Shown: positions 19,755-30,729, numbered from the stretch's first letter. The stretch is 64,000 bases of DNA from Pseudomonadota bacterium (GCA_043818055.1 JBDRGF010000033.1:1-64000); one strand, 5' to 3'. Notes: a model not told the origin generated them from the letters alone. Translations and numbers: made by a program.

Positions 19755-20954
19755 TTAAGGGTATGTCGCCACAACAGTTGGATTGGTATCGATCTTGACG
19801 ATCGTGAAGTTGTTGTCGTAGAGATTACCGACATAGAGAAACTCAGAAGTCCCTGCTGGTGCGTAAAATGCCATGCTGTAGGGATATTCGCCTGTGTCCA
19901 GAGCTTCTACCTGTTTTTGCATTGTAGTAGTATTTACAACCGAGAGCTTATTGTTCTCCCTGCATGTCACAAATGCGAGATTCTGGCCTAAACCTGTTGT
20001 TATCGCGATGTTCTGTGGATCCTCTTCGACCTCCACCGTCGTAACGACGGAAGCATGTGGTGTGTCACTGTCCAGGCTCATATCCACATACAGAGGAGAG
20101 GCGTTGTCGGTCAGCGCAGGAAACTTAGTCGGATCGACAACAAGTATATGAGGTATATATTCATCTACTACCACACCCTGATTGAGAATGTAGATATTTG
20201 TACCATCCGTCGTTATATCCCTCGGTTCATCAACACCATCCAGAAAATAATCTACCGGCTGTTTTCCCGCAACTCCAACTTCATCGAGATTTACGATGAA
20301 GACACCACCTCTTAATCTTGAGATGTACGCCTGATTGTTGAATATCTGTATAAAATTGATCTCGGCCTGAGCGACAGTAGAGCCGTTATCCAGCGTCACC
20401 CTCATATCGAGATTCACAGGGGATAGTACCTGAGCGGTTGTGGTAAGATCGAGATATTGGAGAAAATTTTCAGAAGTTATCCACGTGCGATTTGCAGGAT
20501 AACAACAAGCAACGCCATAAGGATCCAACTGTATCGGCGTTCCATCGGCAACACCTAGATAATCAGCAGAGGCCTCATTGAAATCTATTGTGAAGAGTGC
20601 GTCCTGCGAGACGTCGGCATTCACGCTGTAGCGATTTGCAAGATAGGCCAAATTATTTACCACATCGATATACATCTGACTGCTCAAACTTGTAATCTGA
20701 CTAGTCTTCAAAGCGGCTGCCGCAGGATATGGAACACCATTTGCATTCAAGGAGAGCACATATGTCTGCAGCGATCCCTGCTCCGGCCGATAAAAGGCCT
20801 GATCGTTAGAGTTCACGACATAGAGGCGATCCCCTGCAGCGTTGATAGAGATATAGCTTGGCGACGCGATATTCGTCCCGATATCGGTAAAGATGCTCGA
20901 GCTCTTGCAGCCGACCAGCAACACCAACAATAGAAAGAGAAAAGTTTTTTTCAT
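19755..20954 (-). CDS. Lipoprotein, YncE-like beta-propeller
   Basis: Lipobox LVGC; repeated beta blades (LYVVN, AYLAN, AFVT, LYVGN). Confidence 0.7.
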   Translation of the reverse strand: MKKTFLFLLLVLLVGCKSSSIFTDIGTNIASPSYISINAAGDRLYVVNSNDQAFYRPEQGSLQTYVLSLNANGVPYPAAAALKTSQITSLSSQMYIDVVNNLAYLANRYSVNADVSQDALFTIDFNEASADYLGVADGTPIQLDPYGVACCYPANRTWITSENFLQYLDLTTTAQVLSPVNLDMRVTLDNGSTVAQAEINFIQIFNNQAYISRLRGGVFIVNLDEVGVAGKQPVDYFLDGVDEPRDITTDGTNIYILNQGVVVDEYIPHILVVDPTKFPALTDNASPLYVDMSLDSDTPHASVVTTVEVEEDPQNIAITTGLGQNLAFVTCRENNKLSVVNTTTMQKQVEALDTGEYPYSMAFYAPAGTSEFLYVGNLYDNNFTIVKIDTNPTVVATYP

Positions 20955-20971
20955 TTATGCCTCTTTCAAAT

Positions 20972-20993
20972 TTGTAGGGGTCGACCCCTACAA
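20972..20993. repeat. Minimal GTAG-family REP palindrome
   Basis: ttgtaggggtcgacccctacaa, perfect palindrome. Confidence 0.75.
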
Positions 20994-21002
20994 TAATTCG
21001 AT

Positions 21003-23663
21003 TTACTTTTTTGTGTATACAGCCTGCGCAGCCGCAAGTCTTGCAATCGGAACACGATAAGGCGAACAGCTGACGAAGTTCAGGCCGATCTTATAGCAGA
21101 ATTCAACAGACTTCGGTTCCCCGCCATGTTCACCGCATATGCCGACCACCAAATTCGGATTGCTCTTGCGCCCTCTTTCAACACCGATCTCCATGAGAGT
21201 GCCCACACCCGCTGTATCGATTGTGACGAAGGGATCGGAATCGAGTATGTGCTTCTGCACATATTCCTTCAAAAATTTTCCCGCATCGTCGCGTGAAAAA
21301 CCAAAAGTAGTCTGAGTAAGATCGTTCGTGCCAAACGAGAAGAAGTCGGCGTACTTTGCGATCTCCTCGGCAGCGAGAGCGGCTCTGGGCAACTCGATCA
21401 TCGTACCGATCTCGTACGGCACTTTGCACTTATATTGAGCCTCGACCTCCTTACAAACCTTATCACAAACAATGCGAAGCATCTTGAGTTCGTTTGGATG
21501 ACCGACGAGCGGGATCTCGATCTCAGGAATCACTTTGATTCCCTCACCTATCAACTCACAAGCCGCTTCCATGATGGCCCGCGTCTGCATGGCGTAAATC
21601 TCCGGGAACGTGACGCCCAAGCGGCAACCGCGATGTCCCAACATAGGATTGAACTCGGAGAGGCTCTCTTTTTTTAATTTAAGTTTCTCAACAGGAACTC
21701 CCATCGTCTTTGCAAGATCCTCCATGTCCTTATCCGTGTGCGGCAGGAATTCGTGCAGGGGAGGATCCAAAAGACGGACGGTGACAGGATATCCATCCAT
21801 AGCGCGGAAAATACCCTTGAAGTCACCCTTTTGCATCGGCATGATTTTCTTGAGCGCCTTTTCGCGACCTTCGAGATCATCAGCCAGAATCATCTCACGG
21901 ACCGCGGAGATACGATCTCCCTCAAAGAACATGTGCTCGGTTCGACAAAGGCCGATTCCGGCGGCGCCAAACCTTCTAGCCACCTCGGCATCGTGCGGCG
22001 TATCGGCGTTTGCCCTCACACCCAGGGTCCTCACCTCATCAACCCAGACCATGAATGTCCCAAACTCGCCAGTGAACTCTGGTATGATGGTCGAGAGTTT
22101 TCCCTCTATGACCTCACCTGTAGAACCATCCAAAGTTAAATAATCGCCTTCCTTATAAGTTGTGCCTCCAACTTTTAATTCCTTCTTCGCCTCACTGATC
22201 TGCAGCTCTCCGCAGCCGGCCACACAACATTTTCCCATTCCTCTGGCAACGACAGCGGCGTGCGATGTCATGCCGCCTCTGGCGGTCAGGATGCCCTGCG
22301 CGGCATGCATCCCTTTGATATCGTCAGGGGATGTTTCGACGCGCACGAGAATCACCTTTTCGCCACGCTCCTCATTCCATTCCGCAGCATCGTGAGCTGT
22401 AAAGACGATTCGTCCGACAGCCGCTCCGGGTGAAGCTGGGAGCCCTTTAGCTACTACTTTTCTCTCGGCTTTAGGATCGATCATCGGATGAAGAAGCTGG
22501 TCCAGCTGATAGGGATCTACTCTCAAAATAGCTGTTTTCTTGTCGATCAGTCCTTCACCGACCATATCTACAGCGATCCTCACTCCAGCTTTAGCGGTGC
22601 GCTTTCCATTTCTGGTCTGCAACATCCAGAGCTTATTATTCTGAATCGTAAATTCTATATCCTGCATATCCTTGTAATGTTTTTCGAGCTTTTTGTAGAT
22701 ATCGACCAGCTCCTGATATTGTTTCGGAAAGGTCTCTTCCAGGGAAGGCAACTTGGAATCCTTTTTGGCTGCGATGTTTATCGGCTGCGGCGTGCGGATA
22801 CCGGCAACGACATCCTCGCCCTGCGCGTTGACTAAAAATTCTCCGTAGAATAACTTTTCGCCTGTGGAGGGGTCCCTGGTGAAAGCAACTCCTGTGGCAC
22901 AATCGTCTCCCATATTTCCAAAGACCATCGCCTGGACGTTGACCGCTGTTCCCCAGTTGTGCGGAATGTTGTTCAGTTCCCTGTATGTGATCGCCCGCTC
23001 AGTCTGCCATGATTTAAATACAGCTCCAACACCCTTCCATAGCTGATCTTGCGGATCTGTCGGAAAGTCCTCTCCCGTCTCCTTTTTCACAAGCGCTTTA
23101 TACGATGCAACCAGTGTTTTTAAATCATCAGCTGCCATATCTGTATCGAGTTGTATTCCCTTCTTCTCCTTTACCTCGTCGATAATCTGTTCGAATTTAT
23201 CAGAATCGACTCCCAGGACGACATCGCTAAACATCTGGATGAAGCGGCGATAGCTGTCGTACACAAATCTCTCTTTTCCGGTGCTCTTTATCATCCCCGC
23301 AACTGTTTCCTCATTGAGACCTAAGTTTAAAACCGTGTCCATCATCCCGGGCATAGAAACACGCGCGCCGGAGCGAACGGAAAGAAGGATCGGATTGTTT
23401 GGATCTCCAAACTTTCCACCCATGATCTTCTCAGTGTGGTGAACAGCCTTTTCAACCTGATGAGTAAGATCTTCAGGGTACGAGTGATCGTTATCGTAAT
23501 AATAGGTGCAGACCTCTGTGGAAATTGTAAAGCCAGCCGGAACAGGAATGCCGATATTGCTCATCTCGGCTAAATTCGCTCCCTTGCCCCCCAAAATTTC
23601 TTTCATCTTCGCTTCGCCCTCAGCCTTGCCACCGCCGAATGTGTAAACGTATTTCTTGCTCAC
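21003..23663 (-). CDS. ppdK: Pyruvate, phosphate dikinase
   Basis: GGKGANLAEM, GGMTSHAAVVARG, GLCRTEHMF, FSFGTNDLTQ. Confidence 0.98.
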   Translation of the reverse strand: MSKKYVYTFGGGKAEGEAKMKEILGGKGANLAEMSNIGIPVPAGFTISTEVCTYYYDNDHSYPEDLTHQVEKAVHHTEKIMGGKFGDPNNPILLSVRSGARVSMPGMMDTVLNLGLNEETVAGMIKSTGKERFVYDSYRRFIQMFSDVVLGVDSDKFEQIIDEVKEKKGIQLDTDMAADDLKTLVASYKALVKKETGEDFPTDPQDQLWKGVGAVFKSWQTERAITYRELNNIPHNWGTAVNVQAMVFGNMGDDCATGVAFTRDPSTGEKLFYGEFLVNAQGEDVVAGIRTPQPINIAAKKDSKLPSLEETFPKQYQELVDIYKKLEKHYKDMQDIEFTIQNNKLWMLQTRNGKRTAKAGVRIAVDMVGEGLIDKKTAILRVDPYQLDQLLHPMIDPKAERKVVAKGLPASPGAAVGRIVFTAHDAAEWNEERGEKVILVRVETSPDDIKGMHAAQGILTARGGMTSHAAVVARGMGKCCVAGCGELQISEAKKELKVGGTTYKEGDYLTLDGSTGEVIEGKLSTIIPEFTGEFGTFMVWVDEVRTLGVRANADTPHDAEVARRFGAAGIGLCRTEHMFFEGDRISAVREMILADDLEGREKALKKIMPMQKGDFKGIFRAMDGYPVTVRLLDPPLHEFLPHTDKDMEDLAKTMGVPVEKLKLKKESLSEFNPMLGHRGCRLGVTFPEIYAMQTRAIMEAACELIGEGIKVIPEIEIPLVGHPNELKMLRIVCDKVCKEVEAQYKCKVPYEIGTMIELPRAALAAEEIAKYADFFSFGTNDLTQTTFGFSRDDAGKFLKEYVQKHILDSDPFVTIDTAGVGTLMEIGVERGRKSNPNLVVGICGEHGGEPKSVEFCYKIGLNFVSCSPYRVPIARLAAAQAVYTKK

Positions 23664-23682
23664 TTTGAACCTCCTTGTTTGT

Positions 23683-23786
23683 CAGTGTTTAAGTGTAGAA
23701 GTGTTTGAGTGTAGAAGTTATGAAAAGGAAAATAACATCATAATTAAAAAACTTAAACACTCCTACACTTAAACACTCAAACACTA
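23683..23786. repeat. Inverted pair of octamer tandem arrays with no gene between them
   Basis: cagtgtttaagtgtagaagtgtttgagtgtagaagt ... acttaaacactcctacacttaaacactcaaacact. Confidence 0.85.
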
Positions 23787-25097
23787 TTATTTAAATTTGT
23801 TCCTCAAATACTCTTTCAGCCCCTCAATCGCAACTCTCTCCTGTTTCATCGAATCCCTATCACGAACCGTCACCGCATTGTCGGTCTCAGAGTCAAAATC
23901 GTATGTGATGCAATATGGCGTTCCGATTTCATCGTGGCGCCTATAGCGTTTTCCGATCGATCCTATGGAATCGAATTCAGATGAAACCTCTCCCCTCAAA
24001 GCGGCGTGTATTTTAAATGCCGGCTCAGAGAGTTTTGCAGAGAGCGGAAAGACCGCGACCTGATACGGCGCTATATTCGGGTTGAACCTCATCACCACAC
24101 GCTTCTCACCGTTCACCTCTTCCTCGTCATACGCGTCGACGAGGAGCGCGAGACAGGTCCTGTCAACTCCGACCGAGCTCTCGATGACGCTGGGAATATA
24201 TTTTTCCTTCCGCTGATCGTCGAAGAAGCTCAAATCCTTTTTCGAGCTGTTGATGTGCTGCGTGAGATCGTAATTGCCACGATCCGCGATCCCCTCCATC
24301 TCCGACCAGCCGAATGGCATCTTAAATTCCACATCTGTGCATTTGCTGGCGTAATGAGCGAGTTCACTTTTGTCGTGGGGACGAAGGCGCAAGCCATCCT
24401 CTTTGACGCCGATATCTTTGAACCACTGAAATCTTTCATTCACCCAGAAATCAAACCATTTATCAGATTCGCTTACGTGACAGAAGAACTCCATCTCCAT
24501 CTGCTCAAATTCGCGAGAGCGAAAGATAAAATTTCTCGGCGTGATCTCGTTTCTGAATGCCTTCCCAATCTGGGCGATGCCGAAGGGAATCTTTCTTCTC
24601 GACGTGACCTGCACATTTTTAAACTGTGTGAATATCGACTGGCAGGTCTCCGGCCTCAAATAAGCAACCGATGCGCTATCTGCCGTTGCACCGACATGAG
24701 TCTGAAACATCAGATTGAAATCGCGGGCAGCGGTCAATTCTCCACCGCACTCAGGGCATGTACCGACCTTTTCGATATCCTCTTCGCGAAAGCGCCTCTT
24801 GCATTTTTTACAGTCGACCATCGGATCGCTGAAGCTCGATACGTGGCCGGAAGCGATCCAGGTCTGGGGATGAGCTATAATGGAAGAGTCGAGACCGACT
24901 ACATCGTCGCGCTGATAGACCATGCGCTGCCACCAGCTCTCCTTCACGCGTCGTTTGAGCTCACAGCCGACAGGACCGAAATCCCAGAAGCCATTAATTC
25001 CTCCATAGATTTCGCTACTTTGGAAGATAAAACCGCGTCTCTTGCAGAGTGACACCAAAGTTTCCATATCGCTTAACCCCAAAATTGCCTCCATCAT
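23787..25097 (-). CDS. glyQS: Glycine--tRNA ligase (alpha2, GlyQS type)
   Basis: KRRGFIFQSSEIYGG, YLRPET, FRNEITP, GSIGKRYRRHDEIGTP. Confidence 0.97.
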   Translation of the reverse strand: MMEAILGLSDMETLVSLCKRRGFIFQSSEIYGGINGFWDFGPVGCELKRRVKESWWQRMVYQRDDVVGLDSSIIAHPQTWIASGHVSSFSDPMVDCKKCKRRFREEDIEKVGTCPECGGELTAARDFNLMFQTHVGATADSASVAYLRPETCQSIFTQFKNVQVTSRRKIPFGIAQIGKAFRNEITPRNFIFRSREFEQMEMEFFCHVSESDKWFDFWVNERFQWFKDIGVKEDGLRLRPHDKSELAHYASKCTDVEFKMPFGWSEMEGIADRGNYDLTQHINSSKKDLSFFDDQRKEKYIPSVIESSVGVDRTCLALLVDAYDEEEVNGEKRVVMRFNPNIAPYQVAVFPLSAKLSEPAFKIHAALRGEVSSEFDSIGSIGKRYRRHDEIGTPYCITYDFDSETDNAVTVRDRDSMKQERVAIEGLKEYLRNKFK

Positions 25098-25291
25098 CTA
25101 TAATATTGATTGGGATGCCGATTAGCATGCAATCACACCATCCGTCAAGAAAAGATGCCTGATTTTACTATGCGGAATTTATCAATATTTTTAGAAATTC
25201 CGCATGCTGTTTCTTAAAATTCAATGTGCGGATTTTTGGAAAACGAGATAAACAATTGAATTCCAAGCCTATTGGAGAGGACATCAAAAAC

Positions 25292-26059
25292 TCACTTCCC
25301 ACGTTTTTTTAGACCCGCCAGGCGTTTGTCGATGAAGGCTTTGTTTTGGAAGAAGGGTTTTGCTTTTTTGAGCCAGTTTATCGCTTCGTCATTGTAGCCT
25401 TCGATCTCATAGCAGGTCGCGATCTTTATCATCGTCTCGCCTGTCATTTCGCTATCGACGAATTTTCGAATGATGGCCTGATACTGTTCTCTCGCCTCTT
25501 CATATCTCTTTCCCATAAAAAATGATTCCGCATAAACGAAGAGAGCCCTTGCAGCGACATCCGGTTTTAATTTCATCTGATTATTGAGTATCGGTCCCAG
25601 CTCGATCCTGGCCTGTTCGAAATTTTCTGATGCGATATAAGACTCGGCTAGTTTTACCCTGAAAATAGGCTCATCGGGATTGTTCCTGATCAACTCTTCA
25701 TATTGATATATCGCGCCCTCCCAATCCTCTTCGTCTTTGGCGATATGCGCCAGATTGATCCTCGCCCGTTTTGAGAGCTTTGTGTCTCCATATTTTTCGA
25801 TTACGCTTTCATAGCTTTTTTTGGCATCATCGACATTCGTCAGACTATTTTCCTGAAACTCGCCCAACAGAAAATAGACCGCGGCGACTTTCGCATCATC
25901 AGAGTATTTTTTGATCATCTTTTTGTATAGGGATTCGGCCTTTTGATATTCGCCGGTAGCAACATATTGTTTTGTTTGATTCAGATCAGATTCAAAATCA
26001 TTATTTGAATTACATCCACCTATGAGAAGCAACAACGAAAGAAGAACGTACAACCTCAT
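25292..26059 (-). CDS. TPR lipoprotein (BamD/CpoB-like)
   Basis: Lipobox IGGC; multiple TPR units. Confidence 0.75.
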   Translation of the reverse strand: MRLYVLLSLLLLIGGCNSNNDFESDLNQTKQYVATGEYQKAESLYKKMIKKYSDDAKVAAVYFLLGEFQENSLTNVDDAKKSYESVIEKYGDTKLSKRARINLAHIAKDEEDWEGAIYQYEELIRNNPDEPIFRVKLAESYIASENFEQARIELGPILNNQMKLKPDVAARALFVYAESFFMGKRYEEAREQYQAIIRKFVDSEMTGETMIKIATCYEIEGYNDEAINWLKKAKPFFQNKAFIDKRLAGLKKRGK

Positions 26060-28497
26060 CCCTCCTCCCCATCCCTCTCTGCCAGTCTCGCAACCGAGAC
26101 CACCTTCTGTCCCTCATCCAGCGAGATGAGACGCACTCCCTGAGTGGATCTCCCTTGAACAGAAATCTGATTCACAGGGCTTCTGATGACAACACCTTGA
26201 TCCGTCACCAGCATTATCTCGTCGGTATCCATGACCTGAAGCACACCTACGACCGGACCGTTTTTGTCAGAGACCTTTATCGTCTTGATGCCGCTTCCTC
26301 CGCGCGATTGCACGCGGTAATCGTTTGCTTCGGATCGTTTGCCATAGCCCTTTTCCGTCACAGTCAGAAGCGCGGCTTCACTATTTATCGTCTCCATGGC
26401 CACAACTAAATCGTCCTTCTTGAGATTGATTCCCCTTACTCCCCTTGCCGCCCTTCCCATCGGTCTGATATTGTTCTGCGGGAAGCGAATCGATTGACCA
26501 TCCCTTGTGGCGATGAAAATCTGATGCTGGTCATCTGTAATATGAGCTGAGATGACCTCATCCCCTTCGTCAATCGTAGCGGCAATAATTCCACCAACCC
26601 TTGGATTTGAAAAAGACATGAGCTCTGTCTTCTTGATCACACCCTTTTTGGTAGCCATGACTACGAATTGATTTTCTACAAATTCTGCCACTGGCAGGAT
26701 CGCAGCAACCTTTTCGTCAGAACTTATCCTGATCAGATTCGTGATCGACTGCCCTCTGGCGGTCCTTCCGAACTCTGGGATCTCGTGAACTTTCAGCCAG
26801 AAGACCCTGCCGGAGGTGATGAAGATCAAAAGATATGTGTGGGTCGAAGCGACAAAGAGCTTTTCTACAAAATCATCTTCCCGCACCGACATCCCGCTCT
26901 TCCCTCGTCCACCGCGCCTCTGCGCCCGATAGATGCTGATCGGGTTTCGCTTCACGTATCCACCGTGCGAAACGGTGACGACCATCTCCTCCTCCTGAAT
27001 CAGATCCTCTACGGAGAGGTCCTCGCTCTTTCCCTGTATGATAGTTCTACGCTCGTCGCCATAGCGCGCTCTGACATCCTGTAGTTCGTCCTTGATTATT
27101 TTTAACACCTTCTTCTCATCGGCGAGTATCGCCTTGAGCAGCTCGATCTCCTTCATCAGTTCCAGGTATTCGTCGATTAGCTTTTGCCTCTCGAGTCCGG
27201 TGAGACGCTGCAACCTCATCTCGAGGATCGCCTTGGCCTGAATCTCAGAGAGCTTGAAGCGCTTTATTAACGCGATCCTGGCCGATTCCGGCTCTTTCGA
27301 CTTCTTTATCATCGCGATGACTTCATCGATATTTTCAACTGCAATCTTGAGACCTTCCAAAATATGCGCTCTAGCTAGAGCTTGTCTTAAATCATAGGCG
27401 GTTCTGCGCGTGACGATCTCTTTTCGGTAATCGATGAAAATCTGAAGGATTTCCTTGATGGTGAGAAGTCTCGGCTGACCGCCCACGATGCCAAGCATTA
27501 TTATGCCGAACGAGGTCTGCATCGATGTATGTTTGTAGAGCTGGTTCATGATCACGCCAGCGACGGAACCACGCTTCAATTCGATAACGACGCGCATGCC
27601 GTCGCGGTCGGATTCATCTCTCAGATCTGAAATTCCCTGTAGTTTTCCCTTGTTCACAAGCTGTGCGATCTGTTCGAGGAGCTTCGATTTGTTGACCTGG
27701 TATGGGATCTCGGTGACGACTATCTGTTCGCGATCCCCTCTTGCGATGCTTTCTACATAAGCCTTGGCGCGAAGATAGATTATACCTTTGCCGGTCTCAT
27801 AAGCCTTGACTATTCCATCCCTGCCGTCGATGAATCCCCCGGTTGGAAAGTCAGGTCCGGGAACCTTCTTCATAATATCTCTGATGGTTAAATCGGGGTT
27901 ATCCGCCAGATCCATGAGAATATCGATCACCTCTTTTAAATTGTGCGGAGGAATCTTCGTCGCCATACCTACTGCGATGCCGTCCGAACCATTTATCAAA
28001 ATGTTCGGAATGCGCGTGGGGAGGACGACGGGCTCGACTGTCGAATTATCGAAGTTAGGTACAAAATCCACAGTCTCCTTGTCGATCTCATCCAGCATCT
28101 CCTCGGCAAGCCTCTGCAGCTTCGCCTCTGTATATCGATATGCCGCAGCCGGGTCGCCATCGATCGAACCGAAGTTTCCCTGCCCGTTGACGAGCGGATA
28201 GCGCAAGTTCCAGTTCTGAGCTAATCTCACGAGGGAGTCGTAAACGGCGGAATCGCCGTGCGGATGATATTTTTTTAGAACTTCACCGACAACACCGGCG
28301 CACTTTGAAAAGCTCTTGCTCGAAAGAAGACCTTCGCGATACATCGCGTAGAGGATTCTTCGATGAACCGGTTTCAGGCCGTCCCGCATATCGGGTAGCG
28401 CCCGCCCTATGATAACGCTCATGGCGTAATCGAGATACGAATGACGAATTTCGTCTTCGATATTAACTTTGATCACTTCTTTGGATATATTTTCCAT
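26056..28497 (-). CDS. gyrA: DNA gyrase subunit A
   Basis: DGLKPVHRR, YHPHGD, AAYRYTE, GyrA box QRRGGRG. Confidence 0.98.
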   Translation of the reverse strand: MENISKEVIKVNIEDEIRHSYLDYAMSVIIGRALPDMRDGLKPVHRRILYAMYREGLLSSKSFSKCAGVVGEVLKKYHPHGDSAVYDSLVRLAQNWNLRYPLVNGQGNFGSIDGDPAAAYRYTEAKLQRLAEEMLDEIDKETVDFVPNFDNSTVEPVVLPTRIPNILINGSDGIAVGMATKIPPHNLKEVIDILMDLADNPDLTIRDIMKKVPGPDFPTGGFIDGRDGIVKAYETGKGIIYLRAKAYVESIARGDREQIVVTEIPYQVNKSKLLEQIAQLVNKGKLQGISDLRDESDRDGMRVVIELKRGSVAGVIMNQLYKHTSMQTSFGIIMLGIVGGQPRLLTIKEILQIFIDYRKEIVTRRTAYDLRQALARAHILEGLKIAVENIDEVIAMIKKSKEPESARIALIKRFKLSEIQAKAILEMRLQRLTGLERQKLIDEYLELMKEIELLKAILADEKKVLKIIKDELQDVRARYGDERRTIIQGKSEDLSVEDLIQEEEMVVTVSHGGYVKRNPISIYRAQRRGGRGKSGMSVREDDFVEKLFVASTHTYLLIFITSGRVFWLKVHEIPEFGRTARGQSITNLIRISSDEKVAAILPVAEFVENQFVVMATKKGVIKKTELMSFSNPRVGGIIAATIDEGDEVISAHITDDQHQIFIATRDGQSIRFPQNNIRPMGRAARGVRGINLKKDDLVVAMETINSEAALLTVTEKGYGKRSEANDYRVQSRGGSGIKTIKVSDKNGPVVGVLQVMDTDEIMLVTDQGVVIRSPVNQISVQGRSTQGVRLISLDEGQKVVSVARLAERDGEEG

Positions 28498-28794
28498 TTT
28501 AAAAGCTCCAAATTTCGAGGGGGTTCAACCTTAGTCAAAAACCACCTTCGTATTAAAAAAAGATAGGTAAAACGAATTGAGGATAGCTTTAATATCGAAT
28601 TAATCAGGCTTTGCCAATAAAAAAATGTTCTTTCCCAATCACCTGAATTTTGGCACTTGATGCAACAAAACATAGGCACATCCCGTATCAACAAGATTTT
28701 AAAAAGGGAGTGCGTAAGATCGCGCAACCATACAACTTCCAATAGGGTGTAGCGGCTATTGCCGCACAAAATTGATTTTGCGCTTACATTTTAT

Positions 28795-28823
28795 TTGACA
28801 ACCTCCCACCCATGAAGTAAATT
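28795..28823 (+). promoter_or_regulatory. sigma70 promoter of the HU gene
   Basis: TTGACA-N17-TAAATT. Confidence 0.65.
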
Positions 28824-28911
28824 GCCAATTACGAAATTGAGCAAATGCTGCTACATCTTGGCTTTTACGTCGCTCAAGTTTGAATCCAAAAAAGGAAGGG
28901 GGTGAAATCAA

Positions 28912-29184
28912 ATGACAAAAGAAGAACTTATTGCTTATATTTCCAAGGATTGTGATATTCCAAAGACATTGGCAAAGGAAGTGTTGGACTCAGTTTCAGG
29001 CAATGTAGCAAAATGTTTGCGCCGCAAGGACAAGATCACATTGACAGGTTTCGGAACATTCTATGTATCAAAGAGAAAAGCTCGTACAGGCCGCAACCCA
29101 CAGACAGGCGCTACTTTGCAGATTAAGGCAAGAAACGTACCTCGTTTTAAAGCAGGAAAGCATCTAAAGAATTGGGTAAGTTAA
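28912..29184 (+). CDS. hup: HU family DNA-binding protein
   Basis: MTKEELI, LTGFGTF, ARTGRNPQTG, PRFKAGK. Confidence 0.95.
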   Translation: MTKEELIAYISKDCDIPKTLAKEVLDSVSGNVAKCLRRKDKITLTGFGTFYVSKRKARTGRNPQTGATLQIKARNVPRFKAGKHLKNWVS

Positions 29185-29200
29185 TACGGGGAAAAAATTT

Positions 29201-29235
29201 GCAAAAAAAGGCGCTCCCTCGAGCGCTTTTTTTGC
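29201..29235 (+). terminator. Rho-independent terminator, probably bidirectional
   Basis: gcaaaaaaaggcgctc-cctc-gagcgctttttttgc. Confidence 0.8.
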
Positions 29236-29340
29236 GCCCGGAACTCTGTGGAAAGTTACTAGAAATAAACATCAAGCAAGTTACAATAAGAAATCGCTCG
29301 TGAGAGCCTTTTCTTAAAGCTTATCGCTTACAGCTTAAAG

Positions 29341-30729
29341 CTAGCCAAGGTTCATATACTCCCTTGCCCTGAATTTCACTCCGAGATCCTTCTCGGCAAT
29401 CCTCTGGCAGGCATCGATATCGATCTCGGGCATTGCGACGGCTGTCGCTACTACTTCAGGGATCGACTCTTTCGCTTTCAGGATAAAATCCTTCACTGCT
29501 TCATACGCCTTATCTTTATATTTCGAAGGACATATCTTCGCGTAGCTGACGGCATCCGGGGCGTTCAAAGATACGGAGACTGAATCGATTAGCCCTTTCA
29601 ATTCCTTCGTCACATCACGGCCGTAAACCAGATTCGCCAGGCCATCGGTGTTGAGACGGATCTTTTTTGCATGAACATCTTTCATCCTCTTGGCGATGAT
29701 CTTTATCAACTCAAGCCTCAGTGTCGGCTCGCCGTAACCGCAGAAAACCACCTCGTCATATTTTTCCGGGTTGCCCATCGCCTGAAAGACCTCTTCCACA
29801 TTCGGCTCATTCTCCAGCTTGAGATAATGCCCCTTCACTTCGTAGTCGATATGTTTTGGACAGAAGACGCAGGCGAGGTTGCACCTGTTTGTGACATTGA
29901 GATAGAGCGAATTGCGAATCTGATACGCTATCGAATATTCAACATCGGCCCCCGGCAGATTGAATAGTCGTTTTGTGTTCAATGTCGTCACTCGCGCTAC
30001 ATCGTCGAGGTGAAGATTTTTGAGCTGCGCTATCATCGCAGCAACCTCCACAACATATGAAGGCTCATTTCGTTTGCCGCGGTGAGGATGGGGGGCAAGA
30101 TATGGAGAATCAGTCTCGATGAAAAGGCGCTCCAGTGGTGCATTTGCGGCAACCTCCCTCATATCATGCGCGTTTTTATATGTGACAATCCCAGGAATGG
30201 AAAGATTGGCGCCCTCTTCTATCAACACTCTTGCAAAATCGATATCGCCGGAGAAACAGTGAAACAGGATCCCCTCCTTGGGAAAACCGTGTTTGTCGAG
30301 AATTTTCAGCATCTCGTCATGCGCTTCGCGATCGTGAATGATAACAGGTTTTTTTAATTCGTGAGCAAGATCGAGCTGCCTTCGAAATGCGTAAATCTGC
30401 TCTGCGCGGGAAGAGTGTTTGTAATGAAAATCGAGCCCAATTTCGCCGATCGCCACAACCTTTGGGTGCGAGGCGAGCTCCTCGAGCGTCTTAAAAGTAT
30501 TATCGGTGAAAAGCTTCGCGTCATGGGGGTGGATACCGACAGTGGCGTAAACCCTCTTCTCTTCATCCGCCAAATGAATAGCTTCTGCGTTCCCCTCAAG
30601 GCCATCTCCAGCTCCGACGGTGATAATATATTCAAGACCCGCTTCCCAAGCACGATTCAAAACCGCTTCGAGATCATCCCCAAAATCAGGGAATGTCAGA
30701 TGCGCATGTGAGTCGATGAATTTAGGCAT
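29341..30729 (-). CDS. tatD: TatD family nuclease fused to a TatD-associated radical SAM domain
   Basis: IDSHAHL, GIHPH, GEIGLD, HCFSG, ETDSPYL followed by CNLACVFC; start placed at ATG 30729 (MPKFID). Confidence 0.9.
   Translation of the reverse strand: MPKFIDSHAHLTFPDFGDDLEAVLNRAWEAGLEYIITVGAGDGLEGNAEAIHLADEEKRVYATVGIHPHDAKLFTDNTFKTLEELASHPKVVAIGEIGLDFHYKHSSRAEQIYAFRRQLDLAHELKKPVIIHDREAHDEMLKILDKHGFPKEGILFHCFSGDIDFARVLIEEGANLSIPGIVTYKNAHDMREVAANAPLERLFIETDSPYLAPHPHRGKRNEPSYVVEVAAMIAQLKNLHLDDVARVTTLNTKRLFNLPGADVEYSIAYQIRNSLYLNVTNRCNLACVFCPKHIDYEVKGHYLKLENEPNVEEVFQAMGNPEKYDEVVFCGYGEPTLRLELIKIIAKRMKDVHAKKIRLNTDGLANLVYGRDVTKELKGLIDSVSVSLNAPDAVSYAKICPSKYKDKAYEAVKDFILKAKESIPEVVATAVAMPEIDIDACQRIAEKDLGVKFRAREYMNLG

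Noticed and set aside
23683..23786. Repeat arrays as CRISPR
   Set aside because: 7-8 bp tandem units without spacers; no cas genes
24006..25052. 348-aa plus-strand ORF
   Set aside because: Antisense shadow of glyQS with no motifs; the same applies to other antisense ORFs within smc, ppdK, gyrA and selD
25170..25205. 11-bp inverted repeat atgcggaattt/aaattccgcat as a T-box or riboswitch for glyQS
   Set aside because: No T-box consensus; more simply a terminator or operator hairpin
28473..28769. Small ORF upstream of gyrA
   Set aside because: No recognisable motif; lies in the divergent gyrA/HU promoter region
29341..30729. TatD-radical SAM fusion as a novelty
   Set aside because: Already a known architecture (TatD family-associated radical SAM)
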